Assembly (NCBI GenBank): GCA_051252375.1
Contig: JBPOFY010000004.1
Location: 160,001-224,000, forward strand
DNA from: Opitutaceae bacterium
GTDB taxonomy: Bacteria; Verrucomicrobiota; Verrucomicrobiia; Opitutales; Coraliomargaritaceae
Reading direction: 5' to 3'
Length of the DNA stretch: 64,000 nt
How positions within the stretch are numbered: the stretch's first letter is position 1; the number at the start of each line of letters is the position of its first letter. Shown here in pieces: positions 53,922 to 64,000 of the stretch. The notes below the pieces were generated by a model. It did not search any database and had not been told where the DNA came from. It was given only the letters and a program-made list of their open reading frames with translations. A program made the translations under genes and the position numbers.

Positions 53922-54848
53922 CTATCGGCGACGGCGAACTGCCGCGAAGCCCATTACGAAAAATCCAAAGAGAAGCGCATAGGTGGCTGGCTCCGGGACA
54001 GGGGACGTTCCGTCTGCCGTATAAGTGGATGATGAGATGCCTAAGTCTGACCAAGTTTCGGTATCATCAAAGACCTTAGGGACACCACCAAAGTCTTGGT
54101 TGAAATTACTTCCATTCGTCGAAGTGGTGACCACAAATGACATTTCCGTTGAGGCGGTGATATCGGGATTTCCAGAATTACCAGTCATACCAAGATAAAC
54201 CGCATTTAAAACGCTCATCTCAACCTGAAAACTGACAAAGTAGTCTTGGCCATCGCCGTTGATATCGTTGGTGCTACCAGGCAGGCTATTAAACAAAGCA
54301 CTGTCGTTTGTGCTACTGACACCTGTCAATTGACCGTAAGTCGAAAAATCCAAGTCGCTGCCTTGCTTGTAAACAAACTCACTGGAGAAACTACTTGTTG
54401 CTGGCGAGATATTCAGACCTGCGCCGGGATTATAGAAAGTAATATTATCCTGATTGGAGTTATTGTTACCGAAATCAAACCCGATATAAAAATCAATATC
54501 GGTATCAGTTCCAGTGGCGGGACCATCTGAAATAATATCTACACCGATATATAAATGAGCCTTACCGTCGTTGCCTACACGAACACGAAACGCCAGAAAA
54601 TCGCCTGCATTACCAGCGGCACCACCTGTCTCATATTGCTTATAAAAGCCCAATTGATTGCCGCCAATTTCGTCACCTACAATATCGCCTGCTGATGATT
54701 GCGCTTGTTCATCGTCCAAGAAGTCGGACCGCCCTCCAAGCTCAATTGCCGTCCAGTCATCAGTGGGTCCATTCAACGCAATGACACCCCAAGCAGATGA
54801 GGTGATTAACAAAGAAAATAATAGTGGTAGTAAATTCCTGGTGGTCAT
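53922..54848 (-). CDS. PEP-CTERM sorting-domain protein
   Basis: Signal peptide; C-terminus VPEPATYALLFGFFVMGFAAVRRRR. Confidence 0.93.
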   Translation of the reverse strand: MTTRNLLPLLFSLLITSSAWGVIALNGPTDDWTAIELGGRSDFLDDEQAQSSAGDIVGDEIGGNQLGFYKQYETGGAAGNAGDFLAFRVRVGNDGKAHLYIGVDIISDGPATGTDTDIDFYIGFDFGNNNSNQDNITFYNPGAGLNISPATSSFSSEFVYKQGSDLDFSTYGQLTGVSSTNDSALFNSLPGSTNDINGDGQDYFVSFQVEMSVLNAVYLGMTGNSGNPDITASTEMSFVVTTSTNGSNFNQDFGGVPKVFDDTETWSDLGISSSTYTADGTSPVPEPATYALLFGFFVMGFAAVRRRR

Positions 54849-55079
54849 AGAGCGTTGACCCTACGACTCATACGACAAGAATCAAGTCCTTTTACGTAAA
54901 TAAAAGACACTGCAGAGCACACAGAGCCCAAGCATTAACGCATACTTACTCGGCTCTGGCACAGGGACTTAAGACTCTGGAAGATAGGGATCCGAAAGCC
55001 CTAGCCCAGGATCAGGTCCCACATCTGGCACGCCTCCTGAGCCTGCTTCGTGACCATCGAGACTTCCTCGGGTTCCCAC

Positions 55080-55628
55080 TTATTTTTTGAAAAAATGTAA
55101 CGTATCTCCGCACTGAACTCGACCTGATTGGCGAATTCTAGCAAATAAGCCGCGTAAACGTAGTCCAACATTGGTCGGGGCGCGAACCGCCTGAAAAGCC
55201 TCGGCACCGAAACGTTGCGCAAACTTGCCACAGGCATCGTTGACCACGTCGCTGACTTCGATCACGGCCTCGCCAATTTGCAGAAGCGTGCCGACCGGGA
55301 GATGAGTCTCGGTTAGATTTAGATCCGTGTAGATGTTATCGCCGCAGCGAAAGACCGCATCCGCCTCAGTGCCAGTGAAGCATTGCATCACACGAGTATT
55401 GGTCAGGCTGACTTGAACCCGTGGATCGGGCGCGCCATCCGGCAGCCGCAACCAGGCGGTCTCCTTCCAGCGGTCGCCCTCAATGCCATTTTCGACATCC
55501 AGATAAAGCGAGTCCACCAGCTCGTGGACACCTTCAGACGGGCGGTTGATCAAATAGTCGACTCTTCCCGACCCCACTGGAGCAGTGTGCGCCAATTGAA
55601 TCGCCGTATCATAGTTTCGCGTATTCAT
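55080..55628 (-). CDS. MOSC-domain protein
   Basis: GIEGDRW, GDNIY, G.LLQIGEAVIEVS...ACGKF, RGLFARI..G. Confidence 0.85.
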   Translation of the reverse strand: MNTRNYDTAIQLAHTAPVGSGRVDYLINRPSEGVHELVDSLYLDVENGIEGDRWKETAWLRLPDGAPDPRVQVSLTNTRVMQCFTGTEADAVFRCGDNIYTDLNLTETHLPVGTLLQIGEAVIEVSDVVNDACGKFAQRFGAEAFQAVRAPTNVGLRLRGLFARIRQSGRVQCGDTLHFFKK

Positions 55629-55643
55629 GCCCAAATAATCGAA

Positions 55644-56552
55644 CTAAGCTCGAGGGTGCGCCTGTTTATGCGCTTCCTTGAGTCGTGCAATGGATACGTG
55701 TGTGTAAATCTGCGTGGTCGATAGGTTGGCGTGGCCGAGCAGCTCCTGCACGGCGCGCAGATCGGCACCTTGATCCAGCATGTGCGTGGCAAAGGAGTGA
55801 CGGAGCTTATGCGGCGTCATGTCCAGCGGTAGCTCGGCCGCCGCGAGGTGTGTCTTCAGTAGCTTCTGGACCTGGCGAGGTTCCATGCGTTTGCCATTAC
55901 GCAGTGTGACCACGGCTGCCGCATAGTCGGCGGTCAGATCGAAGCGTTCGACAAATGCCCGCAAGCAACGGATCGCCACTGGTCCCAGCGGACATAAGCG
56001 CTCTTTGTTGCCCTTACCCAATACGCGGGCAATGCCCTGCCCCAGATCGATCTGCCCATGATTGAGCCCACAGAGTTCGCTCACCCGTAGGCCGCCGCCG
56101 TAGAGCATCTCTAAGATCAAACTATCGCGAAAGGCTTCATACTCGCCGATCTTGCCGTCTTTCCAGAGCGCGACCGGTGCATCGAGCAACTGTCGCATCT
56201 GCGACTCGGTCAGAAATTTCGGCAGTGGCTTATCGAGCTTGGGCAATGTCACGCCGGTAAATGGGTTGGACTCCACTGCACCGTGCTTACGCATGTAGAG
56301 ATAAAACGCACGTAGACCGGAAACATGATTGTGTAGCGTGCGCCGGGCTTTGACACGCCCCTGCTCGATCAAAAAGGAACGCACATGCAACGCGCGGACC
56401 GCAGCAAAGTCGCCCGTCCATTTACCTGCGGCTTCCATCCAAGTCACAAAGTTTTCCACCGCCGCCCGATAGTTGCGCACGGTATATACGGAAACACGTC
56501 GCTCCAAAGCGAGATGGTCGCAAAACTGATCGAGGTGCGGAATCGTGGACAT
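55644..56552 (-). CDS. xerC: Tyrosine recombinase XerC/XerD
   Basis: GLRVSEL, GKGNKER, HKLRHSFATH, LLGH, TTQIYTH. Start taken at MSTIP. Confidence 0.88.
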   Translation of the reverse strand: MSTIPHLDQFCDHLALERRVSVYTVRNYRAAVENFVTWMEAAGKWTGDFAAVRALHVRSFLIEQGRVKARRTLHNHVSGLRAFYLYMRKHGAVESNPFTGVTLPKLDKPLPKFLTESQMRQLLDAPVALWKDGKIGEYEAFRDSLILEMLYGGGLRVSELCGLNHGQIDLGQGIARVLGKGNKERLCPLGPVAIRCLRAFVERFDLTADYAAAVVTLRNGKRMEPRQVQKLLKTHLAAAELPLDMTPHKLRHSFATHMLDQGADLRAVQELLGHANLSTTQIYTHVSIARLKEAHKQAHPRA

Positions 56553-56592
56553 AGAACTGTGCGTGCGATCTACGCCGCACCTGTGGGAAATC

Positions 56593-57378
56593 TTACTTCC
56601 CCAAATTGAAGCGTTCAATCACTTCGTCCGCAAAATAGCGATAGGCGTTCGCGCCATTACTATTGGGGTCATACTCAAAAATGGACTGCCCAAAGCTAGG
56701 CGATTCACTGAGACGTATCGAACGAGGAATCATGCTACGGAAAACAAGGTCATCAAAGTGATTACGCACCTCGCCAACGACTTGATGGCTCAAATTCGTG
56801 CGCTGATCAAACATCGTCATCAAGATACCACCAAGCTGGAGGCCTTCATTGACATCGGCTTCACGTAGCTTCTCCACCACTTTCAGGATTTGACCAAGAC
56901 CTTCCATGGCCAAGTATTCGCACTGCAATGCAATCAGGAGATAATCGGCCGCAGCCAAGCTGTTCATCGACAACATCCCGAGCGCGGGTGGACAATCGAG
57001 TATGATCGCATCGTAGTCACCGCACTCACGGAGCGGAGCCAGGCACTCTCGGAGTTGCACAAGATAGTTCTCACGCTGAAAGAGCTCGATCTCAATAGCC
57101 GCCATATCCACCTCCGAGGGGATCATGAAAAGACAGTCACTCGCGCCGACAGGTTGCACTTTCTCTAGAGCAGAGCCCTCGCCACAAAGCGGACCATAGA
57201 GACTGCCCCCTTCGAGCTTTTCAAGACCGAGGCCACTGGTGGCATTGGCCTGTGGGTCTAAGTCGACCAGCACGGTGCGCACACCGCTATCAGCCAATGC
57301 ATAGCTGAGATTAATCGCGGTCGTCGTTTTACCGACACCACCTTTTTGATTCGCAATCGTAAATACCGTAGCAGACAT
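56593..57378 (-). CDS. parA: ParA/Soj-family ATPase
   Basis: NQKGGVGKTT, DLDPQANAT, DCPP, QCEY, IPRSIRLSESPS. Confidence 0.93.
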   Translation of the reverse strand: MSATVFTIANQKGGVGKTTTAINLSYALADSGVRTVLVDLDPQANATSGLGLEKLEGGSLYGPLCGEGSALEKVQPVGASDCLFMIPSEVDMAAIEIELFQRENYLVQLRECLAPLRECGDYDAIILDCPPALGMLSMNSLAAADYLLIALQCEYLAMEGLGQILKVVEKLREADVNEGLQLGGILMTMFDQRTNLSHQVVGEVRNHFDDLVFRSMIPRSIRLSESPSFGQSIFEYDPNSNGANAYRYFADEVIERFNLGK

Positions 57379-57431
57379 AACTGTAGTGATAGCTCGAGGC
57401 ACCCACCCGTCGAGCAGAAAGCAAGTGAACC

Positions 57432-58970
57432 TTAAGATGCCTCGGGAGGGTCACCTTGCAGGATAGAATTAACTCGGTCCGCTAAATTATCTGCGGTGTA
57501 TGGTTTGGCCAAGAAATCCAGCACGCCGCACGCCTTAATCGATTGAATCTTCTCGCGCTGTTTGTGCCCGCTGGAAACGAGGATTTTCACACTTGGATTC
57601 AATTTTTTCAAGGCACGACACAGAGCGGGTCCATCCATAAAGGGCATCTCCACATTCGTCACCACCATGCTGATTTCGTTGAGCCGGCTGGCGTATGCTG
57701 CAAGGGCCTCCGTGCCGTCTTGCGCAGTAATCACATTGTAGCCACGCTCTTCGAGCGTCTTCTTAATCGTCTCACGGATAAAGAACTCATCGTCCGCGAC
57801 CAATATCAACAGACCATTGCCCTCTTTCTCGACAGGAAACGGTGGCGCGGAGGCCGCAAGCTCCTCAACTTTCGGATCGGCTGGCAAAAAGAGACTCAAA
57901 GTCGTGCCCTCTCCATGCGTGCTCTCAAGAACCATAAAGCCTCTATGGCCCTTGATGATTGCCTGTGAACTGGCGAGCCCGAAACCAAAGCCCTGCTTCG
58001 GCGACTTTGTCGTAAAAAACGGCTCGGCGACATGCTGTATAATGTGCTCTTCAATACCGTGCCCCGTATCAGTGAATATGATGCTCACGTAGGCACCGGC
58101 TTTCGCTTCTGGGGCTAGATTTTCAAAGTTTTCATCGAACAAACGATTGCTGACTTGAACTTTGAGCTTACCGCCGTCGGGCATCGCCTCGTTGGCGTTC
58201 TGAACAACACTCTCAAATACCTTACTCAGCTCACCGACATCACCTCGGATCTCCCAAAGGTCATCGGCTACTTCGAGCTCGAACTTGACAGACTCGGGAA
58301 GTATCGGCGTCGCCATACGGTTAATCGCCCGCTCTACCTGTGTCTTACGGAGGACATCCATGCCGCCGCCTCTGCCTCGCTCAAACGACAGTAAATCAGC
58401 AATCAACGCGGCCCCCTTGGTAGCGCATTTCTCGATCATCGAAACCATGTTCTTGGACTTTTCACCTTCGACCGAACGCTTCAACATCGCCGCCGACAAC
58501 ATGATCGGCGCCAGCGCATTGTTTAATTCATGAGCAAAGCCACCCGCCAAAATACTGGACGACTGCACATGGTGTGCACGCTCTGCTGCGTCTTCAATCT
58601 TACGCTCTTCAGTGATGTCAGTATTGAACGAAATCACGACCGCAGGCTGACCCGTCGCATCACGATGTAGCTGCTGCCGAACTTGAACTAGATACTCGTC
58701 GCCATTACGATCAATCTGCCGCAACTCACCTGCCCACGTGCCTTGATCATGTAAGGCCTCTACTGCTTCCGCCCGAGGTTCTGCATCAAGATAAAAAATC
58801 TTGGTAATCGCGCGCCCAATAATTTCGTCGGCAGTCCAGCCATAAAGCTTCTCAGCACTAGGGTTCCATGCCAATACGACATCATTCAAATCATGCACAA
58901 CCACGGCATCAGGCGCAGCGGTGAAAATTTCCTCATATGAGAGCGGAAGAGGTGGTTTGGGGGCATCCAT
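57432..58970 (-). CDS. PAS-domain hybrid histidine kinase (CckA-like) with degenerate receiver domain
   Basis: PAS (WNPSAEKLYGW), AHELNN, NANEAM, EPFFTTK. REC reads VADDE...VVTNVEMP...KPY. Confidence 0.9.
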   Translation of the reverse strand: MDAPKPPLPLSYEEIFTAAPDAVVVHDLNDVVLAWNPSAEKLYGWTADEIIGRAITKIFYLDAEPRAEAVEALHDQGTWAGELRQIDRNGDEYLVQVRQQLHRDATGQPAVVISFNTDITEERKIEDAAERAHHVQSSSILAGGFAHELNNALAPIMLSAAMLKRSVEGEKSKNMVSMIEKCATKGAALIADLLSFERGRGGGMDVLRKTQVERAINRMATPILPESVKFELEVADDLWEIRGDVGELSKVFESVVQNANEAMPDGGKLKVQVSNRLFDENFENLAPEAKAGAYVSIIFTDTGHGIEEHIIQHVAEPFFTTKSPKQGFGFGLASSQAIIKGHRGFMVLESTHGEGTTLSLFLPADPKVEELAASAPPFPVEKEGNGLLILVADDEFFIRETIKKTLEERGYNVITAQDGTEALAAYASRLNEISMVVTNVEMPFMDGPALCRALKKLNPSVKILVSSGHKQREKIQSIKACGVLDFLAKPYTADNLADRVNSILQGDPPEAS

Positions 58971-59303
58971 TGTATTAGTCAGCCACTTATATCGGATCCA
59001 GCCGAACAGGCAATTGCATATTTAGTAGATAAACTCATAAATCTGACTCCTGCAAATGCATACGCTAAACGCATACTACGCCAAAATCCCCGAAAACCGT
59101 GCCTCACGCCTTAGGCAGCTAAAAGATCGCACGGAGATGGACGAGACCTTGATCGCGGAAGCCATACGCCGTGCGCTCCATCTCTAATACATGCCAAAAG
59201 CTCAGCAATGAAGCGGCGCAACTGCCTTTTCGAGTTTGCCAGCCGTATGGAAAACCGCACAACGAAAGCCTCACGCGTTTCTAAATTCGAAATTAAAAAT
59301 TAC

Positions 59304-60545
<1,242 letters not shown>

Positions 60546-60571
60546 TTCGCCACCCTACCGAAAAGTTTTAC

Positions 60572-60604
60572 AGCCGAAATCCGCCTCGCGGGTTTCGGCT
60601 TTTT
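60572..60604 (+). terminator. Intrinsic terminator of pfp
   Basis: AGCCGAAATCCGC-CTC-GCGGGTTTCGGCT followed by TTTT. Confidence 0.8.
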
Positions 60605-60608
60605 CATG

Positions 60609-61508
60609 TCACGAAAGAAGCGCTTGGTAACCTTCCCTAAAATCAGAATACTTTGGCGCCCAACCGAGCAGGGACTTCGCCTTCGTGTTTGAAATTTTGC
60701 GGTCTGGCATACGACCGCCCCTTCGGGTCACGCGCGAAGACACATTGTCCGGATCAAATGCCGGCACTGCCATCTCCAACTCTTTAGCCAACCACTCGAC
60801 GAGTGCAGCCTTCGAGGAAGGTGAATCGTCCGCGATATTATAGATGCCCGATGGAGCCGTTTCTGCGCTGAGTGCAGCACATAAGGCGGAAACGATGTCC
60901 TCCAAATGTATCAAATTCAAAGTATAGTCACCGCGCCCAGCAATCGTAGTGATCCCATCCCGTAGTTGATCCAGTAGGTAGTGGCGTTTTGGTCCATAAA
61001 TGCCAGCCAATCGCAACACATACCAGCGCCCAAGCCTCGCCGCCGCATCGGCGATCAATTGCTCAGATTCAAGAATCACTTTCCCAGTCTCCGGCGCGCC
61101 ATTCGTATCCGCCGACTCATCGACACTCACAGCACCATCTTGTGGGTAAACTGAAGTGCTACTGGTATATACATAGCAACGGATCGAGCGGCCTTCGGTC
61201 CATTTCAAAATCGATGCCTGACCAGCCAAGTAAGATTGCCGATAGCCCTCCAGCCCACCGCCCGCGGAACTCACGCAATTCACGATGGCCTCATATTCGC
61301 CAGACAACTCCTCATGCCATGAACTTGCCTGTAAATCAGCGACGACGACCTCCGCCACACCCATTTCGCGTAAGCGTGCGGCCTTTTCAGGGTTACGAGT
61401 CAATGCACCCACCCTTACGCCAGCCGCAATACAATGGGCCGCCAGAGCCGTGCCGACGTAGCCACATCCAAAAATCATTAAAGACTTTGGTAGAGAATCT
61501 GTAGTCAT
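60609..61508 (-). CDS. NAD-dependent epimerase/dehydratase-family (atypical SDR) protein
   Basis: IFGCGYVG, YTSSTSVY, LRLAGIYGP, IHLEDI. Confidence 0.88.
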   Translation of the reverse strand: MTTDSLPKSLMIFGCGYVGTALAAHCIAAGVRVGALTRNPEKAARLREMGVAEVVVADLQASSWHEELSGEYEAIVNCVSSAGGGLEGYRQSYLAGQASILKWTEGRSIRCYVYTSSTSVYPQDGAVSVDESADTNGAPETGKVILESEQLIADAAARLGRWYVLRLAGIYGPKRHYLLDQLRDGITTIAGRGDYTLNLIHLEDIVSALCAALSAETAPSGIYNIADDSPSSKAALVEWLAKELEMAVPAFDPDNVSSRVTRRGGRMPDRKISNTKAKSLLGWAPKYSDFREGYQALLS

Positions 61509-61542
61509 CTGAGTCGGCTCGGCACACATATCGTATCGGTAG

Positions 61543-62577
<1,035 letters not shown>

Positions 62578-62616
62578 CACCCCACCCATCACTTTACACA
62601 TCACACTCAAATACAC

Positions 62617-63648
62617 ATGACTCCACGTGAACGTTTTCTCGCCGCCGCACACTGCCAACCTGTTGATCGCCCGCCGATCTGGCTCATGCGACAAGCTGGC
62701 CGCTACCTCCCAGAATACCGCGAACTCAAAGCACAGCACGACTTCGTCACCATGGTGCGCACACCCGAGCTGGCAGCCGAAGTCACGCTACAACCGATGC
62801 GACGCTTCCCGCTCGATGCCGCCATTATTTTTTCCGACATTCTCGTCATTCCAGAAGCACTCGGGCAAGGCTACCACTTCCGCGAACAAGGCGGCATCGG
62901 CATGGATTACCTCCTCGATTCTCCTGAGAAAATTGCTGCACTCGACAGCAGCAAAATCACCGAACGCCTCGCTTACGTCGCCGATGCACTCAGCCTAACC
63001 CGCACGAAACTCGGAGAGGACACCGCGCTACTCGGCTTCTGCGGATCTCCCTGGACGCTCGCTTGCTACATGATCGAAGGCGGCTCCGCCAAAGACTTTA
63101 TCGCGATCAAAAAACTCGCATGGGAACACCCCGATCAGTTTGAAGCACTGATGCAAAAACTGACCAATGCGATCGTCGAATATCTGCACATGCAAATCGA
63201 TGCCGGAGCGGATGCCCTGCAAATTTTCGACTCGTGGGGTTCTATTTGCCCAGCCACGCACTATGAAGCTTGGTCCCTGCGCTGGATACACCACATCATC
63301 AATGAGCTCAAAGGTCGTGTCCCTGTCATACTTTACGCAAAGGGCATGGGGCACAAAGCAGCCGACCTCATCCATACCGGAGCCTCCATTCTCAGCATGG
63401 ACTGGACGATCAACCTCCGCCGTATGCGCCAATCACTCGGCCATGGTATCGCCGTTCAAGGCAACCTCGACCCCATCACACTGACAACCACGCCGGTAAC
63501 CACACGACGCGAAGCAATCCGTGTTCTAGAAGAAGCCGGCAAACAACCTGGTCACATATTTAATCTCGGTCACGGCATGGTCCCCAGCGCTAAAATTGAA
63601 TGCGTCGAAGCCCTGATGGAAGTCGTGACTGGGCGCAAAAATGCCTAA
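62617..63648 (+). CDS. hemE: Uroporphyrinogen decarboxylase
   Basis: PIWLMRQAGRYLPEY, FSDIL, QIFDSW, FNLGHG. Confidence 0.97.
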   Translation: MTPRERFLAAAHCQPVDRPPIWLMRQAGRYLPEYRELKAQHDFVTMVRTPELAAEVTLQPMRRFPLDAAIIFSDILVIPEALGQGYHFREQGGIGMDYLLDSPEKIAALDSSKITERLAYVADALSLTRTKLGEDTALLGFCGSPWTLACYMIEGGSAKDFIAIKKLAWEHPDQFEALMQKLTNAIVEYLHMQIDAGADALQIFDSWGSICPATHYEAWSLRWIHHIINELKGRVPVILYAKGMGHKAADLIHTGASILSMDWTINLRRMRQSLGHGIAVQGNLDPITLTTTPVTTRREAIRVLEEAGKQPGHIFNLGHGMVPSAKIECVEALMEVVTGRKNA

Positions 63649-64000
63649 AACTTGCATCATTGGCGCTGGAATCAGCGGGCTCACACTAGCATGGCAAATC
63701 AAGAGCCAAGGCGGTGAATGCCTCGTGCTTGAACAGTCCTCAAATGTGGGCGGTGCAATGCGGAGCCATCGGCAAGACCAGTATCTAGCCGAAGAAGGTC
63801 CCAACTCGATCCTACTCAATAGCGCCGAAATCGAAGCGTTCCTCTATAGCATTCCAAAACTGAAAGAGCGCATTATCGAAGCCGCTCCCGAAGCAAAGAA
63901 GCGCTTCATCGTCCGCAACGGCAAGCCGCACCCCGTCCCAATGGGTCCGATCTCCGCGATCACCACACCGCTGTGGTCCTTCGCTGGAAAGCTGCGTGTG
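63641..64000 (+). CDS. hemY: HemY-type FAD-dependent protoporphyrinogen/coproporphyrinogen oxidase, 3'-partial
   Basis: Manual translation: MPKTCIIGAGISGL...VGG...EEGPNS...KRFIVRNG. Runs off the window end. Confidence 0.88.
   Translation, partial: MPKTCIIGAGISGLTLAWQIKSQGGECLVLEQSSNVGGAMRSHRQDQYLAEEGPNSILLNSAEIEAFLYSIPKLKERIIEAAPEAKKRFIVRNGKPHPVPMGPISAITTPLWSFAGKLRV

Noticed and set aside
54905..55080. Structured ncRNA or riboswitch between the MOSC and PEP-CTERM genes
   Set aside because: Several short hairpins can be drawn but I could not match a known family. An Rfam/Infernal search is needed.
55644..56552. Tyrosine recombinase as a prophage or island integrase
   Set aside because: Size and motifs fit housekeeping XerC/D, and no att sites or phage genes flank it.
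59128..59184. Pseudoknot upstream of pfp (CGCACGG/CCGTGCG and AGATGGA/TCCATCT interleaved)
   Set aside because: Loops of 0 and 1 nt make both stems at once implausible, and 7-bp matches may be chance or repeat debris.

Overview
Bacterial chromosomal window with about 52 genes and 2 tRNAs. The taxon is probably Verrucomicrobiota (Opitutales, Coraliomargarita/Lentimonas-like). This is inferred from a PEP-CTERM protein, a lamin-tail/CotH protein, a multidomain sulfatase and a eukaryote-type UDP-sugar pyrophosphorylase. In order, the window holds: (1) an alpha-glucan locus (partial GH57 and two GH13), followed by a DUF3450-TtpC-ExbB-ExbD-TPR energizer cluster whose expected tonB seems reduced to a short scar; (2) a sulfatase-PA14 gene beside tRNA-Pro, which has rearranged tRNA-end relics downstream; (3) a TPR-hypothetical-ExbB cluster; (4) housekeeping genes (pgm, UDP-sugar pyrophosphorylase, ftsB-like, exeA/exeB-like, HU, ygfZ, phoD, tRNA-Ile2, dgt, cstA); (5) a composite arsenic cluster (arsR, an unannotated 57-aa Cys-pair peptide, arsP, arsC, gapdh, arsJ, acr3); (6) a 1684-aa LTD/CotH protein, a GlcD-like oxidase, two hybrid kinases, ychF, system II cytochrome c biogenesis genes, a PEP-CTERM protein, MOSC, xerC, parA, PPi-pfk and hemF-hemE-hemY (partial). 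Most notable are a shared C-terminal domain on four unrelated secreted proteins (candidate sorting signal), the Cys-pair peptide in the ars cluster, the tonB scar, and several REP/REPIN-like palindrome families, one copy lying in frame inside a predicted gene. No CRISPR array, rRNA or intact transposase was seen. All calls rest on motif recognition by eye; no database searches were run.
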